Assembly: GCA_963823665.1 (NCBI GenBank)
Contig: CAWGMQ010000010.1
Span: forward strand, 1,472,001-1,536,000
Origin: an uncultured Planctomycetota bacterium
Lineage (GTDB): Bacteria > Planctomycetota > Planctomycetia > Isosphaerales > Isosphaeraceae
Direction of reading: 5' to 3'
DNA length: 64,000 nt
Under the pieces are notes generated by a model. It was not told where the DNA came from and did not search any database. It saw only the letters and a list, made by a program, of their open reading frames with translations. The position numbers and the translations under genes are program-made. This document shows positions 30,401 through 40,588 of the stretch, in pieces (positions within the stretch are counted from its first letter, which is position 1; the number at the start of each line of letters is the position of its first letter).

Positions 30401-31914
30401 AGTGTGGAATCGATGATTGTCAGTGTGCCACCGTTACAGATGCCGCCGCCGCCGATGCCGACTTGGGCTGAGTTGTCTGAGAGAGTGGCGCTGGTTAGCG
30501 TCAGCGTGCCATCGTTAAAGATGGCGCCGCCGCCGAGTTGGGTATAGCCGTCGGCGATGGTCAGCCCGGCGATCGTCGCGGTCACGCCGGCATTGACGTT
30601 GAACACCTGATATGCCCCATTGCCGCTCACAGTCAGATTGCTGGCGCCTGGGCCGAAGATCTGGACGTCGCTGCTGATGGCCGGCAGGAGGCTCGCCAGG
30701 GTGATGACGCCGCCGGTCGTGATGTCAATGACGCTGCTTCCGTCCTGGTTGGCGTTGGTCAGGGCGGCGCGCAGGGAGCCTCCGCCGCTGTCGGCTGTGC
30801 TGTATACCGTGTACACCTGGACTTCGAAAGCACCGATGTCGACGCCGTTGACGTCGCGCGGATCGCCGCGCTGGTCGGTGGTGACACCAGAGGGAATCAG
30901 GGAATCGCTGCCTGAGTCGATAGCGGGGCTGCCGGGGAGGAGGGCCATCGTCTCGGTGGGGCCGCCGTTGTTCTGCAAGGGGCCGAGGAGCGGATTGACG
31001 TTGAGCTGGTCGGTGGCCACGAAGCCGCTGCCGTAGGATGAGTTGCCAATCAGGTTGTAGCCCAGGCTGTTGACCGGCCCGTCGACGTCGGCTCCCGAAT
31101 TGGCTGAGTTCCCGGCGATGATCGTGTTGGCGAGGGTCGTGGTGCCAGAGTTAGCATCGATGCCGCCGCCGATGCTGACGGCGGAATTGCCGACGAGAGT
31201 GGAGTTGGTGACGTTTGCGGAGCCATTGTTAAAGATGCAGCCGCCCTCGTCCTGGGCCGAGTTGGTGGAAAAAGTGGAGTTGGTCACGGTCAACGTCCCG
31301 TCGTTCAAGATGGCGCCGCCGGCGATGGCCGAGTTGCCGGACAAAGTGGAGTTGATGACGTTCAACGCCCCGGTGTCTTCGTTAGCGATGCCACCGCCTT
31401 CGAAGGTGGAATTGCTGCCCGAGAGAGTGCAGTTGCTGACGTTCAGCAAGCCAAAGTTTTCGATGCCGGCGCCGTACTCTGTGGTATAGCCATCGGCGAT
31501 GGTTAGCCCGGCGATGGTCGCGGTCACGTATTGGTTGACAAAGAACACCTGATTTTTTCCATTGCCGCTGATGGTCAGATTGCCGGCGCCGGGGCCTTCG
31601 ATGTTCAGGTTTTGGTCCATGTCCAGGTCGCCACTGGTCAGCTTGATGGTGCCCGTGACACCACTCGCGAACTCTATGGTGTCGTCGGGGTTGGCACCAC
31701 TGATCGCCGCGCGCAACGAACCGCTGCCGCTATCGTTGGTGTTCGTGACTAAATCGACGCTGAGCAAGGTTCGATCTTCCAGGACATCGAGGAGCGGACG
31801 AGAAAACCTGTGTCGGCCGTGAGCGCTCCGGCGGCCTTGACGGGTGCGCACGGGCCCGGAATTCACACTGTCGTTTGTGAGGCAAATCGGAACTGGAAGC
31901 AGCATCGGAGGCAT
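27427..31914 (-). CDS. Large extracellular protein with beta-helix/choice-of-anchor Q, Ig-like and five YDG repeats
   Basis: LDVLEDRTLLS leader; two VTNTNDSG(S/G)GSLRAA-like starts; GGG(I/A)xN repeats; two NPLLGPLQNNGGPTETMALLPGSPAI...DQRG...DIGAFE blocks; five NTKxYD(G/A)TxSAxA units. Confidence 0.85.
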   Translation of the reverse strand: MPPMLLPVPICLTNDSVNSGPVRTRQGRRSAHGRHRFSRPLLDVLEDRTLLSVDLVTNTNDSGSGSLRAAISGANPDDTIEFASGVTGTIKLTSGDLDMDQNLNIEGPGAGNLTISGNGKNQVFFVNQYVTATIAGLTIADGYTTEYGAGIENFGLLNVSNCTLSGSNSTFEGGGIANEDTGALNVINSTLSGNSAIAGGAILNDGTLTVTNSTFSTNSAQDEGGCIFNNGSANVTNSTLVGNSAVSIGGGIDANSGTTTLANTIIAGNSANSGADVDGPVNSLGYNLIGNSSYGSGFVATDQLNVNPLLGPLQNNGGPTETMALLPGSPAIDSGSDSLIPSGVTTDQRGDPRDVNGVDIGAFEVQVYTVYSTADSGGGSLRAALTNANQDGSSVIDITTGGVITLASLLPAISSDVQIFGPGASNLTVSGNGAYQVFNVNAGVTATIAGLTIADGYTQLGGGAIFNDGTLTLTSATLSDNSAQVGIGGGGICNGGTLTIIDSTLSDNSASRGGGGVLNTSESVLTVTNSTFSGNSAGVGGGIDNFGMLTVTDSTLSNDGAAFDGGGFDTSMGTTTLANTIIAGNTATTGPDVNGTVDSLGFNLIGNTSGSSGFAATDLHNVNPLLGPLQNNGGPTETMALLPGSPAIAAGSVALIPTGIITDQRGSQRVVSGTVDIGAFELRGFIITASSGNNQQTTVGTTFAAPLVVTVRSPFGEPIAGGVVTYISPSSGASATFPGGTGSAAIGPSGQASIAVAANTIAGGYAVAASAGVNVTTNFSLTNTPGPADNLEFVQQPTDTTYGDTISPPVTVEVTDQYNNPVNSTASITISLGTNPTGASLGGTLLESAVAGTATFEDLTISKAGMAYALAATSPGLNAAPPSDSFNIKQRPISVSATANTKTYDGTASAAAMPTITAGSLAPGDTADFIETYSTRNVGTGLTLTPGGTVDDGNDGDNYSYHFVSVSTGVITAEPLTITALANTKTYDATTSAAAVPAITSDSLGVGDTPRFTEVYGTQNVGTSLTLTPSGTVDDGNDGHNYTYRFVPVSTGVITPAPLTITAVTNTKVYDGTTSATAIPTDSGLQGTDSVTNLSETYDTRNAGTNKTLSVATYTVNDGNGGNNYMVTTVPNQTGVITRDALTITAVANTKTYDATTSAAAMPAITSGSLQGMDTANFVETYSTKNAGTGLTLTPSGTVTDGNGGNNYTYTFVPVSTGVITTAPLTITAVTNTKFYDGTTSAAAIPTVSGLKGTDTVTNLSETYDTSAVGTGKTLSVATYTINDGNGGNNYMVTTVANHTGVILQQTPTQLVIHTEPSATATAGQFFPTQPVIYVEDQNGNVVTGDDTTQVTVSLRVGTGPLLGTTTITASGGIATFTNLQDDTAETIILLFTAQNLVKAQSNPITVKPAPDSMLATGGVIGSVGAQARDGHKAKAHRPKPKVAPPASRHRATATTDRARSVARQDIVLNHVLASMNGNLRARVITERLADSPLR

Positions 31915-32400
31915 CTCCAGGGTAAGTCAGTAAGGGGCCGGCCGGGACGCCGGCCGGGTGCGGAACAGGATTCACGCGACAAGGGCGCCGAGGACGAAAC
32001 CAACGACGTCCACGAGGAGACCCGTACTCGACCTCGTCGGGCATGCGCCCTGCGGCGAGACGCTTGATTCCGTGCCCGAGCCAGGTGATGGCAACAGCTC
32101 GTGGCAAAGAATACCCGCCGACGCAGCCACGCACGCGGGGCCCCGGGGCTTGAGCTTCGCCGGCCTCGAAGGAACCAGCTCCCCAAGACACGGCCGGAAT
32201 GCGATTGCGCGCCACGGGCACTTCGGCGAGTCGGTTGAGAACGCAGCCTGCGTACGCGACGTCAATCCAGCTTACGGATCTTGCCGGATGTGAAGGTCGC
32301 CGTCAAACAAATTCTCGCCCTTTCCAGAACGCCAACGGCGCGACTTGAAGGGGGTGTTTCGGCGAACCGGTTGAGCATTGGAGACAGCGCGAAGGACACG

Positions 32401-33564
32401 TCAATTTTCGTTGACGATGTCGTACACTCGCTCGACCAGCGCCGCCGCGATGGGTGAAGCGATCAGGCACGGCACCATCTTGTTCAACACGTAGGCGACG
32501 GTCAGGCGGCGATCCGTGTCGACGAGCACCAGCGAGCCGCCCGCACCGGCGCCGAAACAGACGCGGCCTTCCGGGACAAATGGCAGCACCTCCGGCCAGG
32601 GCAGGCCATAACGGACGCCGATCTTGAGCCGATAGCCCAGTACGAGGTCGATCCCGTCGCTTTGCACTTCGAAGATCCGATTGATTGTCTTCGGCGAGAG
32701 CAGCCGGACGCCGTCGACTTCGCCGCCGCAGGCCAGCGCGGACTGGATGCGCGCCACGGAGCGCGCATTGCTGTGGCCGTTGGCCGCGCCGATCTCGGCG
32801 CGGCGCCAGCGCTCGGTCCGGCTCCGTTCAATGTTCAAGGACAGGTCCGGACCGGTGAGGGTCTTGAACGCCGGGCCGTTGGGATCGATGCCGGCGGGGT
32901 CGGTCGGCTGGGGCGGCCACGGCACCAGGTTGGAGACGCGATGGAATTCCGAGGGGGGCAGGCCGATGTGGAAGTCGGCGCCCAGCGGTTCCGCGATGTG
33001 TGCAGTGAAGAACTCTCCCAGGCGCTGGCCGGTGATGCGGTGGATCAGTTCGCCGATCAAGTGGCCGTAGGTCAGCGCGTGGTAGCCTGAGGCCGTCCCG
33101 GGCTTCCACCAGGGCGCCTGCGCCCCGAGCATAGCGGTGGACTTTTCCAAGTCGTAGACGTCGTCCATGGTAACCGGCCTGTCCCAGCCCGAGGCGCCCG
33201 ACGTGTGCGACAGAAGCTGGCGAACCTTGATCCCGGCCTTGCCTCGGGCCGCGAACTCGGGCCAGTAGGCGGCGACGTTCGCGTCGAGGTCGAGCTCGCC
33301 GCGATCGACCAGCACGAGGGCGGAAAGGGAGGTCATTGTCTTGGTGGTGGAGAAGACGCAAGTGATCGTGTTCTCGGTCCAAGGCACAGTATGGGCCTCG
33401 TCGGCCCAGCCGCCCCACAGGTCCACCACCATCTCGCCGTTGATATTCACAGCAAGCGAGGCGCCGAGGTCTTCCCCCGATGCGAGCTTGGCTGCGAACA
33501 GCTCGCGCAGGGAGTCGAATCGGGCGCTGCACGAGCCGCCGAGCGGGGTCGGGTGATCGCTCAT
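32401..33564 (-). CDS. Serine hydrolase, beta-lactamase/EstB-like family
   Basis: VVDLWGG, FSTTK (SxxK), LLSHTSG, GYHALTYG. Confidence 0.9.
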   Translation of the reverse strand: MSDHPTPLGGSCSARFDSLRELFAAKLASGEDLGASLAVNINGEMVVDLWGGWADEAHTVPWTENTITCVFSTTKTMTSLSALVLVDRGELDLDANVAAYWPEFAARGKAGIKVRQLLSHTSGASGWDRPVTMDDVYDLEKSTAMLGAQAPWWKPGTASGYHALTYGHLIGELIHRITGQRLGEFFTAHIAEPLGADFHIGLPPSEFHRVSNLVPWPPQPTDPAGIDPNGPAFKTLTGPDLSLNIERSRTERWRRAEIGAANGHSNARSVARIQSALACGGEVDGVRLLSPKTINRIFEVQSDGIDLVLGYRLKIGVRYGLPWPEVLPFVPEGRVCFGAGAGGSLVLVDTDRRLTVAYVLNKMVPCLIASPIAAALVERVYDIVNEN

Positions 33565-33576
33565 GAGGCCCCCGTT

Positions 33577-33693
33577 CTAGCTCCATCCGGGCGACTCGAA
33601 TTCAAGCGGGAGGCCAAGGGTGTCGCGGTCGAATGCGACCGAACGGTGTATGTCCGATACATCGACCTTCACTTATTCGATCTTGCTGAACAA
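33577..33693 (-). pseudogene. VOC/glyoxalase family gene remnant
   Basis: GGAGGT RBS, then MFSKIE*VKVDVSDIHRSVAFDRDTLGLPLEFESPGWS*: a VOC N-terminal motif with an internal stop and truncation. Confidence 0.6.
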
Positions 33694-34149
33694 GATCTAC
33701 CTCCCGCTAAGTAAGTCGATGAATGATATCAAATCCATTGCCCCCGGCAAAATCCCGGCAACGCGGAGGCGGGTGGCGTGAGGCGATCTGGGTGGTGGCA
33801 TTCGGCGCAGGGTTTGCATAATTCTTGGCGGCTCTGTGCGCCGCCTGGCAATGTGCGATCCAGCTCACGGTGAACACAGGGCTTCCCGCCGGATGTCGCT
33901 TCAGCCTGAATGCCGGGTTCCTGCTCGAGGTCAACACCACGAGCCAGACGCCCACGATCGCGGGAATCACCCTTCCCCACGGGCCCTAGGCGGCAGCCTG
34001 ACGCTGGTCAACCTCATCACCATCGCGGGCGACTTCGACGTGACCATCTCGCCGAATGTGCTCGACGTGACCATGTACGCGCACGTCTCCGGCGTGCTGG
34101 ACCTACACGTTCAGCAACCCGAGCTTAATCGATACGGGCGCCTTTGTGC

Positions 34150-34504
34150 TGTATCGCGACGGCGAGCTCAGCAGGATTCACATGGACATCGCACCGCAAC
34201 CCGACACACAGACCTACCTCATCACGTTCAGGGGCCCGGGCGTCATTGATGCGCCTTGCCCGAGGGCCATTACACGCTGATCACCTTGCACAAGAAGGTC
34301 AAGGTGCTCTCCGGCCCGAGGATGACTGCCAACGACATCAACTCATTCAGCAGCAGCGTGAGCCATGCGCACCGCGGGACGAAGGGGAAGCAGCTCGCCG
34401 TTCTGATGGATCCGCCCAAGAAGGCTCCGCCGAAGTTCCCGGGGCGGACGGTGCAGCATCCAGTTCCTGCTCGCCGCGCCTGGGTAGTGGTGCGAGCGCG
34501 GTAG
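34150..34504 (+). pseudogene. Frameshifted fragment of a probable extracellular protein
   Basis: Coding-like codon usage (TYLITFRGPGVID / LPEGHYTLITLHKKVKVLSGP) split across frames, with no start. Confidence 0.3.
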
Positions 34505-34509
34505 GTCAG

Positions 34510-34908
34510 GCGGTGACAAGCGCGGACCCGGCCGCGATGCGGACCGTGCACGACTTGCCAGATGAGGTCACGTCGAGCGAGAATGTGGAGCAGGTCGCGC
34601 CGATTCTTGACGAAGGCGTTCCGACCGAGCCCGTCGAGGAGATCGCGGCGATCCAGATTGAGACTGAGGTGCTGGATCAGGCGGCAGCGCTCGCGGACGA
34701 GGTCGTCGCGACCGAGACCGTCCTGCAAGCGGCGCCGGTCGCGACTGACGCCGTTGGGACTGAGGTGCTGGAAGAGCCCGCGCTCGTCCAGGATGAGATC
34801 GTTCCGTTCGAGACCGTCAACCAGGTCACGCCGGAGCAGGAGGAAGCCGTTCCGGCTGAAGCGCTTGAGGAGGTCACGCCGGAAAGCGCAGAGGTCGCGT
34901 CGGTGTAG
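34510..34908 (+). CDS. Acidic E/V/A/P-rich repeat protein, copy 1 (start unclear, possibly truncated)
   Basis: About 16-aa repeats (EVVATETVLQAAPVAT, DAVGTEVLEEPALVQD); homologous to 39180..39776. Confidence 0.55.
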   Translation, partial: AVTSADPAAMRTVHDLPDEVTSSENVEQVAPILDEGVPTEPVEEIAAIQIETEVLDQAAALADEVVATETVLQAAPVATDAVGTEVLEEPALVQDEIVPFETVNQVTPEQEEAVPAEALEEVTPESAEVASV

Positions 34909-34921
34909 TAGAGTCGTCTTG

Positions 34922-35215
34922 TCAAGCGAGCGGCTCCGTCGAAGTAACCGGGGAACCATGCGGCCTCCTGAGGAGGCCCCAGACCGGCAGCGGGTGTGTC
35001 TGGGGGACGCTCGTCGAGGCGACTTCAAAGCCAAGTCGTATATAGAGTGGTACATTGTGGTCGGAATGAGTTTCGAGGAAGCAGGGTAAGGACTCTTGAT
35101 CCGCTCGAGCAAGAATCGGCGCGAGGAGCTGGCGTGGCAGGCCGATGTGGAAGTCGGCCCGCAGCGGCCCCGCAATGTGCGCGGCAAAGAACTCACCCAG
35201 GCGCTGGCTGGTGAT
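34922..35215 (-). pseudogene. Chimeric remnant: serine-hydrolase fragment joined to a GNAT acetyltransferase C-terminus
   Basis: ITSQRLGEFFAAHIAGPLRADFHIGLP (matches 32957-33036) is followed in frame by LLAPILARADQESLPCFLETHSDHNVPLYIRLGFEV. Confidence 0.7.
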
Positions 35216-35574
35216 CTCACGCCGATGTGGCATGGCCGATTGTAGGTGACGGACCTGCTGGCCAACAGGTATTCCGAGGACGGGGCGACCAGATTTGAAG
35301 TCGCGTCCAAGAAGTCGAAGCACCTCACATAAGGGTGGTTGCGATTGGTCGCAAGCTGCGTTCTACATCTGCCGGACTCCGATACCGGCCGGGCTCAACA
35401 GAGCCCTCTCGGCCAAGCCCGACCCCAGCATCCTCGAGCCGAACTCTTGGAGAATCGCTCAGGTCCAGCCCCCTGACAAACCAAAAGAGTCCGATTACTG
35501 TGGATCGGGAGCGATGCGCAGGCACTTTCACGGTCCAGTCTCGACGGCGAGCCGAAGCACAGGAATGCATTCTA

Positions 35575-38500
35575 ATGTCCAGATCGGAAGCTCGAACCGA
35601 GGTCGTGCAGGAGCTGGCGGAGGAATTCCTCCAGCGGTATCGCAACGGCGAGCGGCCGGGAATCGAGGAATATGTCAATCGTCACCCTGAGCTGGCCGGC
35701 GAGATCCGCGAGGTCTTCCCGGCGATGGCGACGAAGGTGAACATTACCATCCGGGACGACTCGCTGACCGGCGATGAAACGGGCGACCATGGGCGACCGA
35801 TTTTGAAGGCCCCGGTGCCGGTGCAACTGGGCGATTTCCGGATCATCCGCGAGATCGGCCGCGGCGGAATGGGAGTGGTCTACGCCGCCGAGCAGGTCTC
35901 ACTTGGTCGCAAGGTCGCGCTCAAGGTGCTTTCCTCGCAGTTGATCCTCGACTCCAAGCAACGGCGCCGGTTCGAGCGTGAGGCCAGGGCTGCCGCCAAG
36001 CTTCACCACACCAACATCGTCCCGGTGTTCGGCGTCGGCGAGCATGAGGGCTCGTCCTATTACGTGATGCAGTACATCGAGGGTCGCGGCCTGGACCAGG
36101 TGATCGAGGAGTTGCGTCAGACCTCGGTTGTCCTTCCGGGCGAACGCTCGGACGGCCGGTCAAGCCGGGGCGGCGCGGGGGCCTACTGGCAGAGTGTCGC
36201 GCGGATCGGCGTGCAGGTGGCCGAGGCTCTTGAATACGCGCACAACCAGGGGATACTCCACCGCGACATCAAACCCTCGAACCTCCTGCTGGACGGCCAG
36301 GGCACCGTCTGGGTCACCGACCTTGGCCTGGCCAAAGCCGACGACCAGGAGAACCTCACCCACACCGGAGACATCCTGGGCACCCTGCGATACATGCCGC
36401 CGGAAGCCTTCGAGGGAAAGTTTGACGCCCGCGGCGATGTGTACGCCCTGGGGTTGACACTGTTTGAGCTGCTTGCCCTGCGGCCGGCGTTCGACGACAA
36501 GGACCGCAACCGGCTCGTGAAACGCGTCATGCACGAGTCACCCGATCGACTTGAACAGCTCAATCGCGAGATCCCCCGCGACCTGGCGACGATTGTCCAC
36601 AAGGCCATCGCCAGGGAACCGGTCCAACGTTACTCCGACGCCCAGGCGCTCAGGAACGACCTGGGCCGGTTCATCGAGGGCCGGCCGATCCAGGCGCGAC
36701 GGATCTCGGCGCCGGAGCGAACCTGGCGGTGGTGCCGCCGGAACCCGGTGATCGCGGGGTTGCTGGTAGCCATGGTCGTCGCCCTGGCCGGCGTCTTCGG
36801 GCTCTGGCTCAGGAGCGAGCGGCTGCTTGCATTGACTCGCGAACAGGCGTTTGGCCTTCGGCTCGACCAGGCCGTTGCCCTTTGCGAGCAGGGATACGTG
36901 GACCGGGGCGTGCTCGCCATGGCCGAGCAGCTCAAGGACTACCGCAGGAGCCCAGCCGCCGAGCAGTATGCCATCCGGGCCAACCTTGCCGCCTGGTCGC
37001 CGCATTTGATCGCCCCAGAAAGGCTGGCGGACGGGATCCTGGCCGTCAAGGGGGTTCCCAACGCCCAGTACAGGCTGTTCGCGACGATCGACTTGGACGG
37101 CAATCCCCAGGTCTGGGACTTTGCCACGGGGAAGCTGGCGGAAAAAGGCCTCGAGCCGATCGGAGCCGCACGTCAAACTCCCTCCGGTAAGACTCCACCG
37201 TTGCCATCCCTCTGGTTCTCGGATGACGGCAAGATCCTGATCGGGTCGGCCGGCGACGGCTTTGTCCGATTGTGGAATTTCGACACAGGTCGGTTCGTGG
37301 GACCCCCGATCCCCGTGCGGAACTTCATCAGCGAGCTCGCGCTGAGTGAGGATCACCGGCTGATGGCCACGCGTTACAACGACGATGTCCAGCGGTGGGA
37401 CGTCACGACGGGGCGCCCCGTGAAAACGGCCTGGCCGCCGGAGAGGTCTCCGGTACCGAAGGCTGTCGCGCTCTATCGCCATCGGGTCGTCACGCGCGAC
37501 GAAAGTGGCGTCTACGAAATACACGACCTGGACTCGGGAAAGAGGATCGGCCGGCCCATGACTTCCGCCAAGGACAGCGAACTTGAGAGTGTGAAGGAGA
37601 GGAAAGCGTTACTGATCCGCTGGGACGAGAAGAATCAAAAAAGTTGGTTCCAGGCATGGAGCGTGGAGACCGGCGAGCCGCTGGGGCCCCCATGGTTTGC
37701 GGACAGCAAGAAACAAAAAAGGATCAGTAGACCCGACGGCTCGCGGTCGGTGCCGCGTGGCTTCAGCCGCTCAAATCTGGTGTTGGCTCTGGGCGACACC
37801 ATCCTGGTATGCGATATCGCCACTGGGAATCCGCTCGGCGAGCCGATCCAGATCGGCGGCAGTGTCAACGGTATTGAGATCAAACGCGAAGAGAAGCTGC
37901 TCGTTTATACGGACCAGGAGGTGCAGATCTGGGACCTTCCCACCCGACGGAGGATTGGCGAAGTGTCGAAGTTCGGCAAGCAATCGTATTTAGCAGACGT
38001 GAGCTCCGACGCGCATCGGGTGCTGCTGCTTCGGAACTCTCTCGAGGTCTGGGACGTCCCGACGGCCAATCGACGGCTCGCCCTATCATCCCGGTACTGG
38101 CAACGCGGGTCCGTCGGTTCTCGATCCCTCCGGAACCAGCCTCATGCTTCTCTCGAATGACCATACACAATACCGCTGCGATCTGTCTCGATTGGACACG
38201 GAACACACCTGGCTGGACGCCGCAAGCGTCGCTGACCTGATTGTGAGCGACACACGAACCCCTCGCTATTCCGTGACGTTCAGCGATTCGGATCAGACTG
38301 TGCTGGAGGCGCGCGACAACGAGTCAATGAATCGGGTCGGTCCGCCCGCGCACCTCAATGCGCCCTGCAAGCTCGCCCTGGAAAGCCCCGGGCATGACCT
38401 GATTCTCACAGGATGTGAGGATGGTTCGGCGCAGCTCTGGTCGCTGCCAACGCTCGCGCCGGTCGGTGGTGTGATGCGGCATTCCGGGGCGGTTATGCGC

Positions 38501-38758
38501 GGGGCCTTCTCCCCAGACGGCCGGACCATCGCGACCGGATCGGGCCGCACCGCCCGGATCTGGGACGTCTCTTTCTGCCGGCCGATCGGCCCACCCATGG
38601 AGCATCCGGAGGACATCAAGGTCATCTACTTCAGCACCGACGGCCGCTGGCTGCTCGTCCAATGCGACGCGAAGGGCGGCTATCGCTGGCCCGTGCCGGT
38701 ACCCATGGAAGGTGATGCAGATGGCGTGCTGGATCGAGTGAAGGAATTGACCCGCTAG
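35575..38758 (+). CDS. Ser/Thr protein kinase with C-terminal WD40 repeats; frameshift near 38100-38150
   Basis: LAEEFLQRYRNGERPGIEEY, IGRGGMGVVY, HRDIKPSN, TDLGLAK, GTLRYMPPE, TM helix, then WD-like repeats. ORF 38144..38758 carries AFSPDGRTIATGS..ARIWD. Confidence 0.85.
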
Positions 38759-38799
38759 AAGGTCGATGATAGGCCGAGTTAATGCGGAGTGCAGACGAC

Positions 38800-39000
38800 A
38801 CCTCGACGCGACGTCCAGTCATGGCAGCCGCGGAGCTGCGCTCCGAGCCAGCGATAACACCCGTTGGCGACTACGGTCAATGCGGCATCCTGGTCGACGT
38901 TTAGCCGTACCTCGCTTGCCAAACAGTCGAAATGGAAGAAATTGACACTGATCCCAGGCCGTCCTCGATTCATCCCGATAGCGGATCTGTTGGCACGCCT
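38800..39000 (-). mobile_element. Degenerate IS (DDE transposase) remnant
   Basis: IEDG[frameshift]GISVNFFHFDCLASEVRLNVDQDAALTVVANGCYRWL resembles the C-terminal catalytic region of IS4-superfamily-like transposases; no IS ends seen. Confidence 0.5.
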
Positions 39001-39179
39001 TGCCTGTGGCGCGGTTCGCGTCAACCGTGCCGGCGGGGGGCCGGTGTCGCCTGGCATCGCTTGCATCAAATTTTCAAGAAATTTGAGAAAGGTAGATGGC
39101 AAAACAAATTCCATTGGTAATATTAGATATGGTTCCTCCTTCACGCCCCCCATCAGTTCGCAGCCGGGAGTTAAACGCC

Positions 39180-39776
39180 ATGAATGAAGTGTTAACGGAT
39201 CCGATCGCGCAAGCTACAGAAGAGGTCACGGACGTTAACGAAAACGTCGAGTCTGTCGACGCTGAGCAAACAGCGGAGTGCCTGACGCGGGTCGAGCACG
39301 AGGTCACGCCGACCGAGAATCTGGAGCAGGTCTTACCGATCGAGGTCATCGAACTCGCCACGCCGGTCGAGGAGGAAGTCGTTCCAACGGACGCCGTGGA
39401 GGAGGAGGTGCCAATCGCAGATGAGGTGACTGCGGCCGCGGCGGTGGACGAGGTCGCGCCGGTCTTGACCGACGCCATTCAAACTGAAGTGCTGGAGGAG
39501 GCCGCGCAGTGTGTGGCCGACGCCGTTCCGACTGAGGCGCTGGAGGAGGCGGCACCGCTCGCGGACGAGGTCGTCGCGACCGAGACCATCGAGCAGCCCG
39601 CGCCGGTCGCGGCCGACGCGATTCAGACTGAGGTGCTGGAAGAGCCCGCGCCGGTCCTGAATGAGGCGGTTCCGATCGAGAGCGTCGAGCAGGTCACGCG
39701 GGACCAAGACGAGGCGCTTCCGGCTGAGGCGGTCGAGGAAGTCACGCTGGAAAACGCTGAGGTCGTCTCGGCGTAA
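39180..39776 (+). CDS. Acidic E/V/A/P-rich repeat protein, copy 2 (198 aa)
   Basis: GGGAG RBS and ATG 39180; about 16-aa repeats DAIQTEVLEExA; only two Arg and no Lys. Confidence 0.7.
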   Translation: MNEVLTDPIAQATEEVTDVNENVESVDAEQTAECLTRVEHEVTPTENLEQVLPIEVIELATPVEEEVVPTDAVEEEVPIADEVTAAAAVDEVAPVLTDAIQTEVLEEAAQCVADAVPTEALEEAAPLADEVVATETIEQPAPVAADAIQTEVLEEPAPVLNEAVPIESVEQVTRDQDEALPAEAVEEVTLENAEVVSA

Positions 39777-39963
39777 CAGAGGATTGCGATCATCGACTAG
39801 CAGGTGATCCGCGATCGAAACATATCGTCGGCGCGGGGGGTCGCTACTGGGGGGCGGGGCAGGGTGGTCTGATAAAAAGCGGGCGGGATTGGCGAATTTC
39901 GAGGTGGACGACTCGGCGTTTTCTGTTGCGCGACCGCTTTGTAATCGTGGCCGCCGCGCTCGA

Positions 39964-39996
39964 CCCCCCCTGGCCCCCCCTTCCAAAGGGGGGGAG
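39964..39996. repeat. C/G-run hairpin (REP-like or bidirectional terminator)
   Basis: CCCCCCCTT-CCA-AAGGGGGGG 9-bp stem between convergent genes. Confidence 0.55.
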
Positions 39997-40090
39997 CTTT
40001 GCGCAACATACGCGGCGGGTCTGCTTTACCGGTTCTTGCCAGTCACGAAACCGCCGCGGGGGTCTGCATTTCCGGTGACCGATGTTCGCT

Positions 40091-40483
40091 CTAGCCGAGC
40101 GTCACCAGGATGCACGGCCCCCCAGCTATCACGTTCATGCCCAGTGCCTGCGCCCGCGAAATGGCGCGTTTTGACTCGGCGCCTGGCTGAAACCAAATGT
40201 TCTTCACGCCGATAGCTCCCGCCTGCTCCACTATGGCCTCTGACACGTGCGGCGGCGTAATTATTGAGACACCGTGAATGGGCGTCGGGAGCGCCGCCAG
40301 GTCGGGATAGCACATCAGACCTTCGATCTCCTTCGCACTCGGATTCACCGGATAGGCGGGTCGCCCGTCCTGCATGTATGCCTGCAGCACCAGGTTGCCG
40401 ATCTTCGACTGGTCGCTTGACGCTCCCACCACCGCGTGTGGAGCGCCCGCCAGAAACTGCGTGATCTTGTCTTGGTTGTTCAT
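40091..40483 (-). CDS. CoA-binding protein
   Basis: AVVGASSDQSKIG, YPVNP, IWFQPGAES, GPCILV. Confidence 0.9.
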   Translation of the reverse strand: MNNQDKITQFLAGAPHAVVGASSDQSKIGNLVLQAYMQDGRPAYPVNPSAKEIEGLMCYPDLAALPTPIHGVSIITPPHVSEAIVEQAGAIGVKNIWFQPGAESKRAISRAQALGMNVIAGGPCILVTLG

Positions 40484-40588
40484 GCCTGGCCTTTCTCGCC
40501 TTTCGGATCAGGAGGAAAAACTTCATCGCTCGAAAGCCGCATGGCTGCCGCTCGTCGGCAGCGGCGTGTCCTCCGGTGTGACGGAGCT

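Noticed and set aside
32401..33564. Beta-lactamase resistance gene
   Set aside because: The motifs (DLWGG, LLSHTSG, YHALTYG) fit esterase-like serine hydrolases; nothing in the sequence shows antibiotic hydrolysis.
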